Below are positions 26,040-39,115 of a stretch of DNA of 64,000 bases, piece after piece. Each line of letters begins with the position of its first letter. The first letter of the stretch is position 1. The notes beneath the pieces are model-generated. The model did not search any database. It was not told the origin of the DNA and saw only the letters and a program-made list of their open reading frames with translations. Made by a program: the position numbers and the translations under genes. This stretch comes from Chiloscyllium plagiosum (Eukaryota): the NCBI RefSeq assembly GCF_004010195.1, contig NC_057743.1:7610352-7674351 (forward strand). Direction: 5' to 3'.

Positions 26040-26430
26040 AAAGGAATTTAGAAGAACGAGGCTGGATCTCACAGAAGCCTATAAATCCTGATGGGACTAA
26101 GGATAGATGTGGGAAGAATGTTCCTGATGTTGGCTAACTCCAGTACTAGGGGTCACAGAGGGACCCCTAGTACTGGAGGGGTAAGCCATTCAGGACTGAG
26201 ATGAGGAAGAATTTCTTCACTCAGAGAGTTGTGAATCTATGGAATTCTCTGCCACAGAAAGCTGTTAGGGCCAGTTAAGATGTGGCCTTTGTGGCTAAAG
26301 GGATTAAGGGGTACAGAGAGAAAGTGGGAGTAGGATACAGAGATTGCATGATGACCCATGATCATATTGAATGGTGGTGCAGGTTTGAAGGGCCGAATGG
26401 CTGACTCTTGCACCTATTTTCTATGTTTTT
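26040..26430 (+). mobile_element. CR1 LINE 3' end
   Basis: FRTEMRKNFFTQRVVNLWNSLPQKAV; tail aagggccgaatggctgactcttgcacctattttctatgtt. Confidence 0.8.
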
Positions 26431-26438
26431 ATGAGTGT

Positions 26439-27080
26439 TGCTGTGGTTCTGTTCGCCGAGCTGGAAGTTTTTGTTGCAAACGTTTCGTCCCCTGTCTAGG
26501 TGACATCCTCAGTGCTTGGGAGCCTCCTGTGAAGCGCTTCTGTGGTGTTTCCTCCGGCATTTATAGTGGCCTGTCCCTGCCGCTTCCGGTTGTCAGTTTC
26601 AGCTGTCCGCTGTAGTGGCCGGTATATTGGGTCCAGGTCGATGTGTTTGTTGATGGAGTTTGTGGATGAGTGCCATGCTTCTCGGAATTCCCTGGCTGTT
26701 CTTTGTTTTGCTTGCCCTATAATGGTAGTGTTGTCCCAGTCGAATTCATGTTGCTTGTTGTCTGCGTGTGTGGCTACTAGGGATAGCTGGTCGTGTCGTT
26801 TCGTGGCTAGTTGATGTTCATGGATATGGATCGTTAGCTGTCTTCCTGTTTGTCCTATATAGTGTTTTGTGCAGTCCTTGCATGGGATTTTGTACACTAC
26901 ATTAGTTTTGCTCATGCTGGGTATCGGGTCCTTCGTTTTGGTGAGTTGTTGTCTGAGAGTGGCTGTTGGTTTGTGTGCTGTTATAAGTCCTAGTGGTCGC
27001 AGTAGTTTGCAACAAAAACTTCCAGCTCAGCGAACAGAACCACAGCAACAAGCACCCGAGCTACAAATCTTCTCACAAAC
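26439..27080 (-). mobile_element. Penelope-like retroelement (Poseidon-type) GIY-YIG 3' fragment with inverted tail
   Basis: ORF 26496-26915 reads NVVYKIPCKDCTKHYIGQTGR..EH..EAWH (GIY-YIG endonuclease). TSD ttttatgagtgt at 26427-26438 and 27081-27092; 27005-27080 is the element tail in the opposite orientation. Confidence 0.9.
26476..26515 (-). ncRNA. Minimal hammerhead ribozyme motif in the Penelope pseudo-LTR
   Basis: GCA-CUGAGGA-U-GUC(ACCUAGACAGGG)GAC-GAAA-CG-UU-UGC; stem I GCA/UGC, stem II GUC/GAC. Confidence 0.65.
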
Positions 27081-28219
27081 TTTTATGAGTGTAGTCCAGG
27101 CCAGTGCTGAATGACCACTCCCCGGGACCGCGACTACTCCAGCCTCATCCGTGGCATAATTTTTCTGCTGTTTCATCTTGGCCTTCTATGAGTGATCATC
27201 CCAACTTTTTCAGTGCAACTTGGAAGATTCCTGCAATGGTGAGCAGCAGCATGGGGCCACAAACAATGTCCCATCTTCTTCAATCATAGGTTCCTCCACT
27301 CTGGCCTTTGCTCTTCCAAATGAAAGATTCTGTCTATAGAGGAACAGTAAGAGCAAGACAAAGGGAACCCATGCCTAGACAATGACTAACTTGACTACTG
27401 CCTTGTCTTATTGGTTTTCCCAGTTGATTGTCCTCAGGTCTAAGCAACATCAAGGTGAAAAATAACGTGGGAACTACAAAATAAAGCCCATGACTATGCA
27501 GTCACACAGGATGATACGTTCATACTTTTTAACTTGTTCATTTTTTTTCCCCACACATAAGTGAAGTGCATTGTCCACATGACCTTTACAGAGCAGTCAG
27601 CACTAGAGAGAAATGAACAGACAGTGCCATGTCACACACACAGACTCTGGAAAACATTTTGACCAGCAACGCATTAAAAATCAAATTAAAGCCAGATGTT
27701 GGAAATCTGAAATATAAACAGAATTCCCTGAGAAACTCAGCAGGTGTGGCCTCATCTGCCTAGCATCAAAAATCTTCAAGAATCTTGACACTGTCCAGGA
27801 GAACTTAATTCACTTGACTGGCAGCCCATCCAGCACCATCATCACCAACACACTGTGTCAGCACTATGTACAATCTAAAGATGCACTACAGCAGTTCTTC
27901 ACGGTTCATCATCAGCCCCTTACATGGCAACACCACCAGCTTCTTGTGTCACATCAAGCCACACACCACCTTGATTTGGAAACATGTCCCTGTTCTTTTA
28001 CTGTTGATCGAAATTCTGGAATTCCCTTCCTAACAGCAAAGTGAGTGCCCCTGCATGCCATGAACTGTCATGGATCAAAGCAAAAAGTCACCATTACCTT
28101 CCTGAGAACAATTAGACATGGGCAATAAATACTGGCTTTGCTTGTGGTGCTCACATGCCCCGAATGAATATAATAACTAGGCATTTGCAACACTTTTCAC
28201 CATCTGGTACCCACCCATA

Positions 28220-28550
28220 AAACGACAAGATGAGGAAGGACACTACTTCGACTGGGACAACACATCCATCCTAGGACAAGCCAAACAGAGACATGCAAGG
28301 TAAGTCCTAGAAGCATGGCATTCCAACCGGAACTCTGTCAACAAACACATTGACTTGGACCCGATTTCCCACCCCCCGAGAAAAAGAATAGGAAATGACA
28401 TCACCATAGGAAATGACATCACCAACACAAGGAAACCAAACATATACATAGAAAGCATGGTGATGAATTGTCTGAAAATGAACCTTCTATCTCAGCGAGC
28501 AAACGTACATCCAGAACCTCAACCTGAGCTACAAATCTTCTCAAAACACC
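28220..28550 (+). mobile_element. Penelope-like 3' fragment, second Poseidon-type subfamily
   Basis: HYFDWDNTSILGQAKQRHA..LEAWHSNRNSVNKHIDLDPI; tail gagctacaaatcttctcaaaac. Confidence 0.8.
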
Positions 28551-31500
28551 CACTAGAATTGCAGGCTTAACACACTAGCTCTCCACAAAGTGATGGCAGG
28601 GCCACCTTTGAGCTGAAACTGTCTTTTCTGTTAAAGGCTTTCAGCACCATGATTCCTCATCTTTGGCTACCTAGAATAGTTTCATTCCAGGATCCTTGAA
28701 TAGTATTTCACTTTGACCTGATCAGGTCCTGCAAGAATTGGAATGTTCACACATTTCTAGACCAATTTCAAATTGGTTAGCGATCTGATCTGCTTTGTCA
28801 TTCTTAATGGCCCAGAAACAATTTTAAAATGATCTTCAATTTTTGGTTATCTCTAACACTTCATAGCTTTTGTCAAGATTCACCAGATCAGCCTCATCGA
28901 GTGCAACATTCACATCATCTTATGTTTCAAAGTACTTGTTGCTCACCAAACCTTAAGAACTGGGGAAGAAATCAATTACAATAGCTGGTCTCAGATTCAC
29001 TGAAATCAAATGAATGAAACAGTGCTTTGTAAATTATTTTAATACCGGGAAAGCCAGTTTAAACTGCACACAGCTGTACTTGTTTTCAGCTGTAATTCAA
29101 TGAAAGTAAAATGCTGTAAAGATGCTTTGAACAAGTTCAAATTAATTCACAAGGAGACGTTTTAAGAAAGTAACTTGTAGTTTTTGAAAACTGCAGCCTT
29201 TAATTTTAAACTTTCCGCATCGTGTTCAAATCCTTCAGTAACCTCACTCCTTTATCAGTAAACCCCTTCAATCTGACAACTGCCTGGAAATCTTTCATCC
29301 TCCAAGTGTTGTCTCTTAAGCATTGCATATTTCCTTTGTTCCATAACTGGTGGCTTTGTACTTATCCACATATGACCCATTCTCTGTAATTCCTTTCCTA
29401 ACCCTCTTTATCTCTGTATCCTTTAGGACCATGTAATCTAACTCTTTGCCCAAGCCATAGATCATCTCTCTTATTCTCTTCTTCTTTGATAATATGAACA
29501 GGAAATGGTTGAAATACTCAGTAGGTTAAACTGTGAAGACAGAACTTCCTTTTTTTTTAAACTCTGTGTTCACTTTTTGTTTTATTATCTCTCTTGAATG
29601 GTTTCTACTTCCAGAGCACCTCCTCAGTGTCAATTGTTGCTGTAGTCACAAATGAAACTCAATGACTACTTTGACACTGAAGAGTAAAGTTATTCCAGAA
29701 TTCCATGTAGGTGGCATAGCCTGAGACTGAAGGAAGAACCTGACAAATTTGTTCTTTTCTTGTACAGGATTGTTGAAGCCAGGGGCAGGGCTACAGCTCT
29801 GATGTTAGGGAATAAAGTCCTGGGATCAAATTTGGGACTTTCCTGGTTTCTCAAGACCCCATAAAGATTGTGTGGCAGTATTTCTCATGAAGGAAGTTAG
29901 GCCTTTCAGTTTCACTTAGTGTCTGCCTTGTGCATGGAATTCTGCAACAGGTTATGCTGTTATCCAAATTCCAAAGAGCATGTTTGCACATAATCTCTTA
30001 GCATTGTAAAAGGAATGGCTTGCATCATTTATCGGAAACAATTTATGGCTTCCTGTATAATTACAACAAAAAACGAAGGTTGTGATTTGGAAAATGAAAA
30101 TCCTTAGAAACCAGACATTTTTAAATTCCATGGTAACCTCAAAGCATTGAAGCATAAAAACACTGACTCATAGGTTTCTACCAGAACAGTTTATTTTTTG
30201 TTAAACCAATTTTACAAATTGACATTCAAGTGCATTATATATTTTTTGTATATCCAATACACAAAACCATTGTTTTAAGAGGTTAATTCCTTGATAAGTC
30301 ATATGGATTAAAAAAATGATCCTCCCTGACAGATTCCTGTTTCTTTAAATCAGGTGCAGCTCTTGGGGAGGCAATGCCGCTTCAAGAAGCTGCAACCAAG
30401 GAAATAAAAATCAAATTTAAAATTCATGAAACATTGATCAATGAGAACTAACACACCTTGCTCTCTGGATTTTTAAACATTTTTCTCTAAATTTCTTAGT
30501 GCAAATACCAAAAATAGCACGAATCAAAAGTATTCAAATTTTATGTTATATTTTAACAGCACAATTTGCACCAATATAGACTGAAAAGGTTCTTTATTGT
30601 TGAAAAGGCTGGGATGGTTTTGACAGTCTACTGAATACTCTTCATATGAGTCACTGCCCACCCACACCTTCAGCCTGCAAGTTTTCCCTTTTTTCCCTTC
30701 CTTGGCTAAATGTAACACATTTTTGGAGAATCATTATCCTTCAGTATTTAACCAACGTAGCAATTATTCACATGTAGGTTTTGACAGAAAGCGTTAGGCA
30801 GGTTGGTGTTGTGCCCTCACTCCATGTCAACAAATGAATGTAGTTCCAGCTGGGGACACTGTACAAACAAGGTCAACAACCAATCCAATTCATCCCTTTA
30901 ATCCAGAATGATTAAGGCTAATCATCATAGCTCAGTCACCACTCCACTTGAGATCGACAAACTCAAGGTAGAGTTAGGGGCATTGCTTGTTTGTAAGGCT
31001 TACTCCCTATTTGGGTTAATTAGCTGATTCGTCACTGTTGGAGGAAAGCATAACATATTCTTATTCTAACCTCTTCAAACAAATCAGCCAACATCTGCTG
31101 CATTAAGAAACCTATCTAATGAAAGATATTATAGGACTGACAAGAAAAATGTGCTTAGCTGAAATCCAACTTTGAACCTTTAGAAATAGACTGATTGAGT
31201 AAGTGCTTTAAAATATAAATTTCCCTAAAAGACCACCAAGGTTATTGAAGGCAAAAGGAGTCAGTTATCTGGTAAGGTGGTCTCATTTGGAAAATGGGTT
31301 TTCTGCTTTTTTTCTTGTCTTTCATTTTTGTTTCTTCATCATTTCATCCCTTTCACACTTGTTTTCAGGGGCATCAGTACATCAACCTGATAATATCACT
31401 CTCATATCAATCTTGGACATTTACATAGCTATATTTAGAAGGTCCAGAATTTGGTGCATTGCAAACAAAGCAGATTTCATTCAATTCTCCCTATCTAGAA

Positions 31501-31566
31501 TGAGTGGCATAAGGTTTACTTCTCGCACTTGAATAAAAAAAACTCCAGTTGACGCTTTTGCTGATA

Positions 31567-31779
31567 CAGAGTCAAAAAGTATGGTGCTGGAAAAGAACAC
31601 AGCCGGTCAGGCAGCATTCGAGGGCAGGGGAGTCGATGTTTCGAGCATAAGCTCTTCATCAGGATGCTCTTCATCCGTTGATTCCCCTGCTCCTTGGATG
31701 CTGCCTGACCTGCTGCGCTTTTTCAGCACCACACACTTCAACTCTGATCTCCAGCATCTGCAGTCCTCACTTTCTCCTA
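31567..31779. mobile_element. Palindromic short Penelope-derived element with hammerhead motif (31633-31664, - strand)
   Basis: TSD cttttgctgata at 31555-31566 and 31780-31791. The minus strand reads UC-CUGAUGA-A-GAGC(UUAU)GCUC-GAAA-CA-UC-GA. Confidence 0.75.
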
Positions 31780-32329
31780 CTTTTGCTGATATATCCTCAC
31801 AAGAAATATATTTGTAAATGGAAATAAAATGGTATGACTTTGTGTAGAAAGTTAGTCCAACAAGCTTAAGTTACAGAAAGTTCCTCTGATCACTCTCCTT
31901 GCTCAGTCTCAGATTTCAGTTTATAATTAGACACAGACTGGTATCCTTGCACTGTTCCACTTGGGAAAAGTTCCAGTTCTGGACTGGAACTGCACATGGA
32001 TATAAGGCAGCACACGAGTCAAACTATGGAAAATTAGGTAATGGAGAGAAAATGAGAAGTTGTGAAGGAAAGAACTTTTCAAAATGCTTTCTGCTGGGTG
32101 GAGGAGGTCTCAACAATTTGGGTCAGGATGGGGTCATAGTGCAAAGAAATCATACTCATTATATGAGGAGTGGTGAATGTAGAGTGCTATCTCCAATTAT
32201 CCCAGGTTCAGTGGTAGTACTCCTGTTTCTGAGGCACAGATATTCCATTGAAGAAATCTAGTCTGACACTTCATGTATTACTACGCAAATATTGTTGCAT
32301 AACTAAAAAAAAAGCCCTATTGCATTAAT

Positions 32330-32570
32330 CTGAAGAAAAGCAGGAGACTTCTCCCTTGGGTCCTCGGCTGATATTTATCCCTCAAACAATATCATTAGAA
32401 CAGATTATCTGGTCATTACCACATTGCTGGCTGTGGAAGTGGGCTGCATGCAAATTGGCAGCCATGTTTCATAACTGACCAGTGACCATACTTCTGAACA
32501 TAATTAATTTGCTGTAAAGTGCTTTCAGACACATCAAGGTAGTGAAGGATGCTACAGAAATGCAAGTATT
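32330..32570 (+). mobile_element. Old SINE with L2-like tail (SacSINE1/DeuSINE-like); similar copies at about 12700-12910 and 53030-53270
   Basis: atatttatccctcaaacaatatcattagaacagattatctggtcattaccacattgctg...gctgtaaagtgcttt..aaatgcaagt; family assignment from memory. Confidence 0.5.
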
Positions 32571-32579
32571 TTTGTTTTC

Positions 32580-32880
32580 AGAATCAAAGAATCCTACAGT
32601 GCAGATAGAGGCCATTTGGCCCATCGAATCTGCACCCTCCCATACAGACCTATCCCTGTAACCTTGCGTTTACCTTGGCTAATCCACCTAACCTGCACAA
32701 CACGGCGCAATTTAGCATGGCCAATTCACCTAACCCGCACATCTCTGGACTTTGGGAGGAAACTGGAGCACCTGGTGGAACCTACGCAGACAGAGGGATC
32801 ATGTGCCAACTCCAACTAGTCACCCAAGGCTGGAATCGAAATCAGGTCCCTGGTGCTGTGAGGTAACAGTGATAACCACT
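32580..32880 (-). mobile_element. tRNA-derived SINE (HE1-like)
   Basis: Same family as 19890-20203 (ccaattcacctaacccgcacatctctggac..ggtgctgtgagg..aaccact). Confidence 0.8.
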
Positions 32881-35800
32881 ATGTGTTTACCTCATCATGA
32901 AGAATGAAGACCTGATCTCAACTAGTGGAAGGTATCAGTTGGAGAAGGTATCAGTTGGAGAAGGTATCAGTGGGTTCAATGCGAATGGAATGGGGGAGAG
33001 AAGAGAAAGGATAGCTTTCAGTTACAGAATAGAATAATGACATTTCCTTTTAGTGCATTTTCAGGGTCTTTCCTTGGGAGAATATTATGAAGTAGTGGAA
33101 GGATTAACAGAATAATTGCCTGTACCTATCTTTATACCCTGATGGTAGGATGACTAGCCCCATACATTGGGAGAATCCCATAATGCAGTTCATGAAAATG
33201 GAAGAAAGGGCAAGAAAGGAACAGGCAAAGGGAACAAATAAGATAACAGATTAGTCGCGTAATAATGATTTATTTCAGGTGTAAACTAACCCCCTCAAAT
33301 TTTGTCTGTGATTTTTAATTTAAAAAAAGCCAATTTGTTGTTCAAGATACAAAACCAACTACGAAAGAGTAAAGAATAAATTCTGATGATGGAGACCAAC
33401 TTTCTCCAGATTTAACAAAAGAAATTCTAAATCTCTGAACAAATTTCGAAACAATCTGAACAAAATAATTAAATTCACCACTTAAGTCATGAATATAAAC
33501 CCGCAGAGAATCACACAACAGTCATGTAGAATGGAATATCCATTATCACTTTATATTTGTGCTTCTTCCTTCACTCAGTCCATCGACTGAAACAAGTATT
33601 TCTTATTTTCTTGTCTGCTCCTCATCTAACCAATCCAATGGATTTCAACTGGCTAACGTCCTTAAACACATTTATTTACCCAACTTTCTTTCCAAATTCC
33701 TCCTGTCTGTCATTTAACACACTCACCCATGACCAATACGATTTTGACAACCAGAATTCCTGTTCAGTTTGAAATGTAGACCAACCAGCCAATGTTTAAT
33801 ACGAGTTAAAAGCAATATTACAAACCACGATGGCCTTAGAATGCAAATATCTAACTCTATTCTTAAATTAATTAGCTTCAATAATATTTATTTTGCCAAA
33901 AGAATGCAATTAAAAATCTATACAGTTGAATGCATACACTATAATTAGAAAACATATCTGATTTTGTTGGTTTCCTGAAAAATTACCTATTTCTGAATTG
34001 AACCACATAACTACATCAATCAACTGTTACCTTTCCAGTAAGCCAGCTAACTTTTGTATGCTATGAGCAGTAAAAAAAATTATATTCAGATCTCTGTTTC
34101 AGCTTGAGGAAAGCATGATTCATAATTCTTCACCTGCTGCTAACTGCATGTGCACAACTGTCTGGTTTTTCATTTTGGTGTTTATGTAGGCTTTACAGCA
34201 TGCTTGAATACATGACTGAATCAAAATATTTAACACCAAGTTCCACAATTTAACTGTCACAAGGACATAGCTGGTTGACAAATGTGGCTAAGGACATTAA
34301 ATCATGTATGGCAGAGAGGCATTAATTCTCTAAAAGGGTGCTGCCAACATCATTAATTGTACTTCGAGGATACAGGGTTGACCAGTCACAATACCCAGAG
34401 GGAGGAAGAATCAAAGCTTACAGAACATTTCCTACTGAATAATTTCAAATGGCTTAAGCAGGAAATTGACACAGGGTAACCAAAACAAAATGACCTGCAA
34501 AAGCACTTCCATTTGATCAAATTAAGTGTTAATGAGTTGAATAATTTTCTGCATGATAACAGAATAGTAATGCCGGTAAGATACAGAAGAGTAGGATTCA
34601 ATAAAGGACTTTAATTTTACAAAAAGAAACCTTAAATGAATATAATCATAAACAATTAAATAAACACAGAGGATAACTAAAATATGTTCTTAGAATGAAG
34701 TATATCTACTGAAAAGAGAGTTGTAGGCTTCCTTTCCAAGATTAATGAACATTCTGGAAAATGCCATCCATCATCTCTATTATTTGTTACCAAATATCTA
34801 CTGCATCAATTAAGAAAAGTAACTCCATCAAAAAATTGAAGTGTTTAATTTGTTCTTTATATTAGGTTTTGAACACAGCAAAGACTGCTGGTCACAGATT
34901 CTTTTGGCTACTTTTGTTGTAATTTATCACCTTGATTCAATACGACGTAATTATTGTTTCATGTTGAACAAGTAAAAATTGCAATTCACGTCATTCACTC
35001 TGCATCATACATTTCCCTGAATTTACAAAGGTATCATAAATCATATCACTGACCTGAAGAAAAAGAATCATATGTAAGAACTTCAAACTAATTTCCATGA
35101 AAACATTATTTCAAATATGCAAAACTGTCTCCGATAAGAACGGACGGGATAAGTCTTTTTAGTACACTCGAAGAAATTGGATAAGAGCGGATTTTCCAAA
35201 CCATATCACAATTTAAAATATGACAGTAAATCAATAATTATTCTAGAAAATGAATATGTACAAAATCCATAAAACCAATGTAAGATTGTGTCTTAAGTTT
35301 TAAATTTGTAGTTGTGATTCTCTGTAGCAAAACACTCTAACCACCAATTCATACCCACACTGGCAAAGGCTCTGCACAAATGCCAAACCTATTCCAACAT
35401 TTACTTCCATTTCTAACTTTAAATAGTTGGTGTGACACAAAAGTCCTTGATATGGATTATTGCTCTAGTAAAAGCTCTAGATATAAATGTCAGGGCTATT
35501 TTGCTTTGAGTGCAAACTTAAATAAAAGAATATCATAAAAGGTAAGATATAGCATAAAATCACAGAGCATAGCTGAAATAATTTTAAGCCAAAAGTTTGA
35601 TTATAAATACCACAGATTCATGTTGTGTGATCATAGATTAGCTGAGCGATTACCAAAGCTGGTTTGCATAATAAACCAGACCACAAAAATAAGACTTGGC
35701 TATTATTAGGCATGACATCAGACATCTTTGGTTTCCATTGATTGGTTAATAGTTTCCATCTGCGCTTTCTCAGACCATCACAAACACTTTTCCACTATGT

Positions 35801-37189
35801 CCGGTGTATTTTGCTGCACAGAATTTACTTTTGTTTCCGTTCCCACAGGCACCTTTGAAGACAAAACATGTTTGTTAGTTTGTAGAAGTGTAATTTTCTC
35901 TTTCCTTAACAGATGAGCAGCTAAGGTAAATCATGAACCTGTAGCAACATGGGCTTCAAGGACCCAGATACTTTTGCTATTCTGAGGAACACCTAGACAA
36001 AGATTTATTTCTTCTCCTTGGCTCTTTTGTTGAAGACCACTTGTTTCAACAATGTGTCTCTACCCAGATTGGTAGGAGTGGGTTTAGGGTCATGATAACT
36101 TCTTTACAACAGCTGTCACTACATTCTTCAACTTACCATCTTGAATCATAATTCAAGCATAGTAGGGGAAGTGATTTCATCTTCATTGTTCACCATCTCT
36201 CCAATACATTTGAAAATGTGCATTTCTATGTAAATATTAATTCAACCAGAAGACCCTTGTCCAATTTCTCACATGAATGCAATCTCTTATTGTGTCAATA
36301 GTGGTTCACCCCATTTAATGATAATTAATAATAATAACAATAAAAAAACTCACCAAAAAAAAACCTTATAATGCTAGAACATAGAACAAAAGACTGATTT
36401 GCTAGTAGTAGTTCAAATTCCAAACCATTTTTAATGGAAACGAAAATTTTGCTAAGAAATGGATGGATGTAATGTCAACAGAAGTGCTTCTATGTCCCTG
36501 CTATTTTATTTTCTGCAGAATTTCTGTTTGGTGAGTCAATCAATTTAACAAAATTATTTGTTTCTCTCGCCACAGATCCTGCCTAACCTTCTCAGAATTT
36601 CCGGGAGTTGTTTTTTTTTTCAGATTTTCAGCATCAATTGTCTTTGTACACTAAACTGGTATCAGCCATAATGTGAGTTATGGAGTATTTGTTTCCAGAT
36701 GTTGGTTTGCTCGCTGAGCTGGAAGGTTCATTTCCAGATGTTTTGTCACAATACTAGATAACATCTTCAATGAGCCTCTGGATAAAGCACTGCTGGTGGT
36801 TCCTGCTTTCTCCAGCAATACTCAGCAAGTGTATCAGAAACTGTTGGAGAAACTCAGCAAGGCTGTCAGCACCTCTGAAGAGAGAAACAGAATTCATGTT
36901 CTGAAAAAGTCTCATTGAACTTTAAACATTACCTCTATTTTTCTATTTTCACAAATGCTGCCAGACCTGCTGAATTTATCCAGCATTTCTGTTTTCTTTT
37001 CAGGCTTTGCTTTTATTTTCATGAGATGGGACGTTGCCTTTGCTGAAGCAATTCTATGGAGTATGTTTGTGTTCTGGGTAAAACTATCCAAAATTTCTTC
37101 CCTCGTTAAATTTGAGTGCCTGAGCTTGTATTGCAGTTCAATGATTCTGAGCAGGAATGACTCAAAATTATGGACATATCCTGCAAAAC

Positions 37190-37689
37190 NNNNNNNNNNN
37201 NNNNNNNNNNNNNNNNNNNNNNNNNNNNNNNNNNNNNNNNNNNNNNNNNNNNNNNNNNNNNNNNNNNNNNNNNNNNNNNNNNNNNNNNNNNNNNNNNNNN
37301 NNNNNNNNNNNNNNNNNNNNNNNNNNNNNNNNNNNNNNNNNNNNNNNNNNNNNNNNNNNNNNNNNNNNNNNNNNNNNNNNNNNNNNNNNNNNNNNNNNNN
37401 NNNNNNNNNNNNNNNNNNNNNNNNNNNNNNNNNNNNNNNNNNNNNNNNNNNNNNNNNNNNNNNNNNNNNNNNNNNNNNNNNNNNNNNNNNNNNNNNNNNN
37501 NNNNNNNNNNNNNNNNNNNNNNNNNNNNNNNNNNNNNNNNNNNNNNNNNNNNNNNNNNNNNNNNNNNNNNNNNNNNNNNNNNNNNNNNNNNNNNNNNNNN
37601 NNNNNNNNNNNNNNNNNNNNNNNNNNNNNNNNNNNNNNNNNNNNNNNNNNNNNNNNNNNNNNNNNNNNNNNNNNNNNNNNNNNNNNNNN
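37190..37689. other. Assembly gap (500 N)
   Basis: Run of exactly 500 N, a round placeholder size. Confidence 0.98.
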
Positions 37690-38260
37690 ATCCTAGTGGC
37701 ATGCCTCCAGTCACAGGCCTCCAGTCCGAAAAGCAACTTTGTCTCCTACTTTCAAGTCAGTTATGGATTGAAATGGTTAGCTCTTCCTGGATTCCACATA
37801 ATCTAACTTGCTAAGCAGTCTACCATGCAGAGCTTTGTTGAAAACCTGACTTAAGTCCCTATAGAGTGCGTCCCTGGCTCTGCCTTCATCAGTAGAGCAA
37901 TCTTTGTACCAACCACTTGGCTGTCAGTGTTATGTTCCCCTGAGAGTCCATCACTCCCTAAATTTTCCAAAACTGCATACTTGTTTGAGATGAGGATAGC
38001 CACAGGAGACTCCTGCACCACCTGCCTTCCTCTCCTACATTTCCTCAAAGTAATCCATCTACTTGACTGTATCTGCTGTTTTTCTTCCTTCCTGAAACTT
38101 CCACCCATCAAAACAACCTGGATCCTGTAAATTCCTCATTGCCTCTAACTGTCGTTCCAACCGATCCATACGATCTTATAGCATTGTCAACCAAACACAA
38201 TTCCCGCAAACATAACCATCAATAACATTAAAATTTTTACTAATCACCCAAATTCGACAG
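37690..38260 (-). mobile_element. CR1 LINE ORF1/ORF2 fragments
   Basis: ORF 37851-38111 reads ..RGRQVVQESPVAILISNKYAVL.., typical of the CR1 ORF1 linker. Confidence 0.65.
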
Positions 38261-38796
38261 GGAAAAGCACATCATTATTGCGTTATTTATTTTTAGCAAG
38301 CCGTTGAATGCAAATTCTCTCATTTGGTTACCCAAAAGTGTTTTAGGCTGAAAGTGTTTTCAGATAATAGTGTTTCATAATCTAAGTGTTCTTCAGTGTC
38401 AATGCTCATTCATTTCTCTTTACGTTAACTTTAGATTAACTTTCCTTTGTTGACCTTGAGCATGACTTCTTGTAGTCTCTAAGCAACAGCTGTTTACTTG
38501 AAATTAACATCTTCCATCAAGTCAATTCAAATGAGTGAATGTGCTTTTGTGTTGATCTAACAGTTGTATTTGCCTGCAGATGGACAATGCTGCACAAATT
38601 AATTACTTCCTGTGCACACTGACAGTGGTACATTAGCTAGACATTGATCTGTGTTCCTGGTTAAGGAAGGAGAATACCAACTTCATTAAAAGTTACTGAT
38701 TCTCATCTTGATCAGAGACGGCCGTAAGAAATTTTATATGTACTTACATTGGGTAAATGACAGAAATGAAGTTAATATTTTTTGCGTTGATTAAAA

Positions 38797-39115
38797 GTGG
38801 CTCAGTGGTTAGCACTGCTGCCTCAAACCAGGAACTCAGGTTCAATTCCAGCCTCTAGCGACTGTGTGGAGTTTGCGCATTCTCCCCATGTCTGCGTAGG
38901 TTTTCACCAGGTGCTCCGGTTTCGTCCCACAATCCAAAGATGTGCAGGTTAGGTGAATTGGCCATGCTAAATTGCCCATAGTGTTCAGGGATGTATGGGT
39001 TGGGTGCATTAGTCGGGTGTAATGTAGGATGGGGAAATGGGTCTGGGTGGGTTACACTTCGGGGGGTCAGTGTGGACTTGTTGGGCCGAAGGGCCTGTTT
39101 CTACACTGTAGAAAT
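38797..39115 (+). mobile_element. tRNA-derived SINE (HE1-like)
   Basis: agtggctcagtggttagcactgctgcctca..ggttcaattcca (A and B boxes); tail gggccgaagggcctgtttctacactgtag. Confidence 0.88.

Noticed and set aside
32926-32970. 16-bp unit ggagaaggtatcagtt repeated about three times
   Set aside because: Simple slippage repeat with no functional evidence.
35890-35931. Possible 13-nt + strand micro-exon (ttaacag|atgagcagctaag|gtaaat)
   Set aside because: No host gene or frame context; such splice-like pairs arise by chance.
36912-37814. Longest ORFs in the track (179-283 aa)
   Set aside because: Artefacts of translating through the 500-N gap.
38797-38870. tRNA-like sequence with A/B boxes
   Set aside because: It is the head of a multi-copy SINE with a CR1-like tail, not a cloverleaf tRNA gene.
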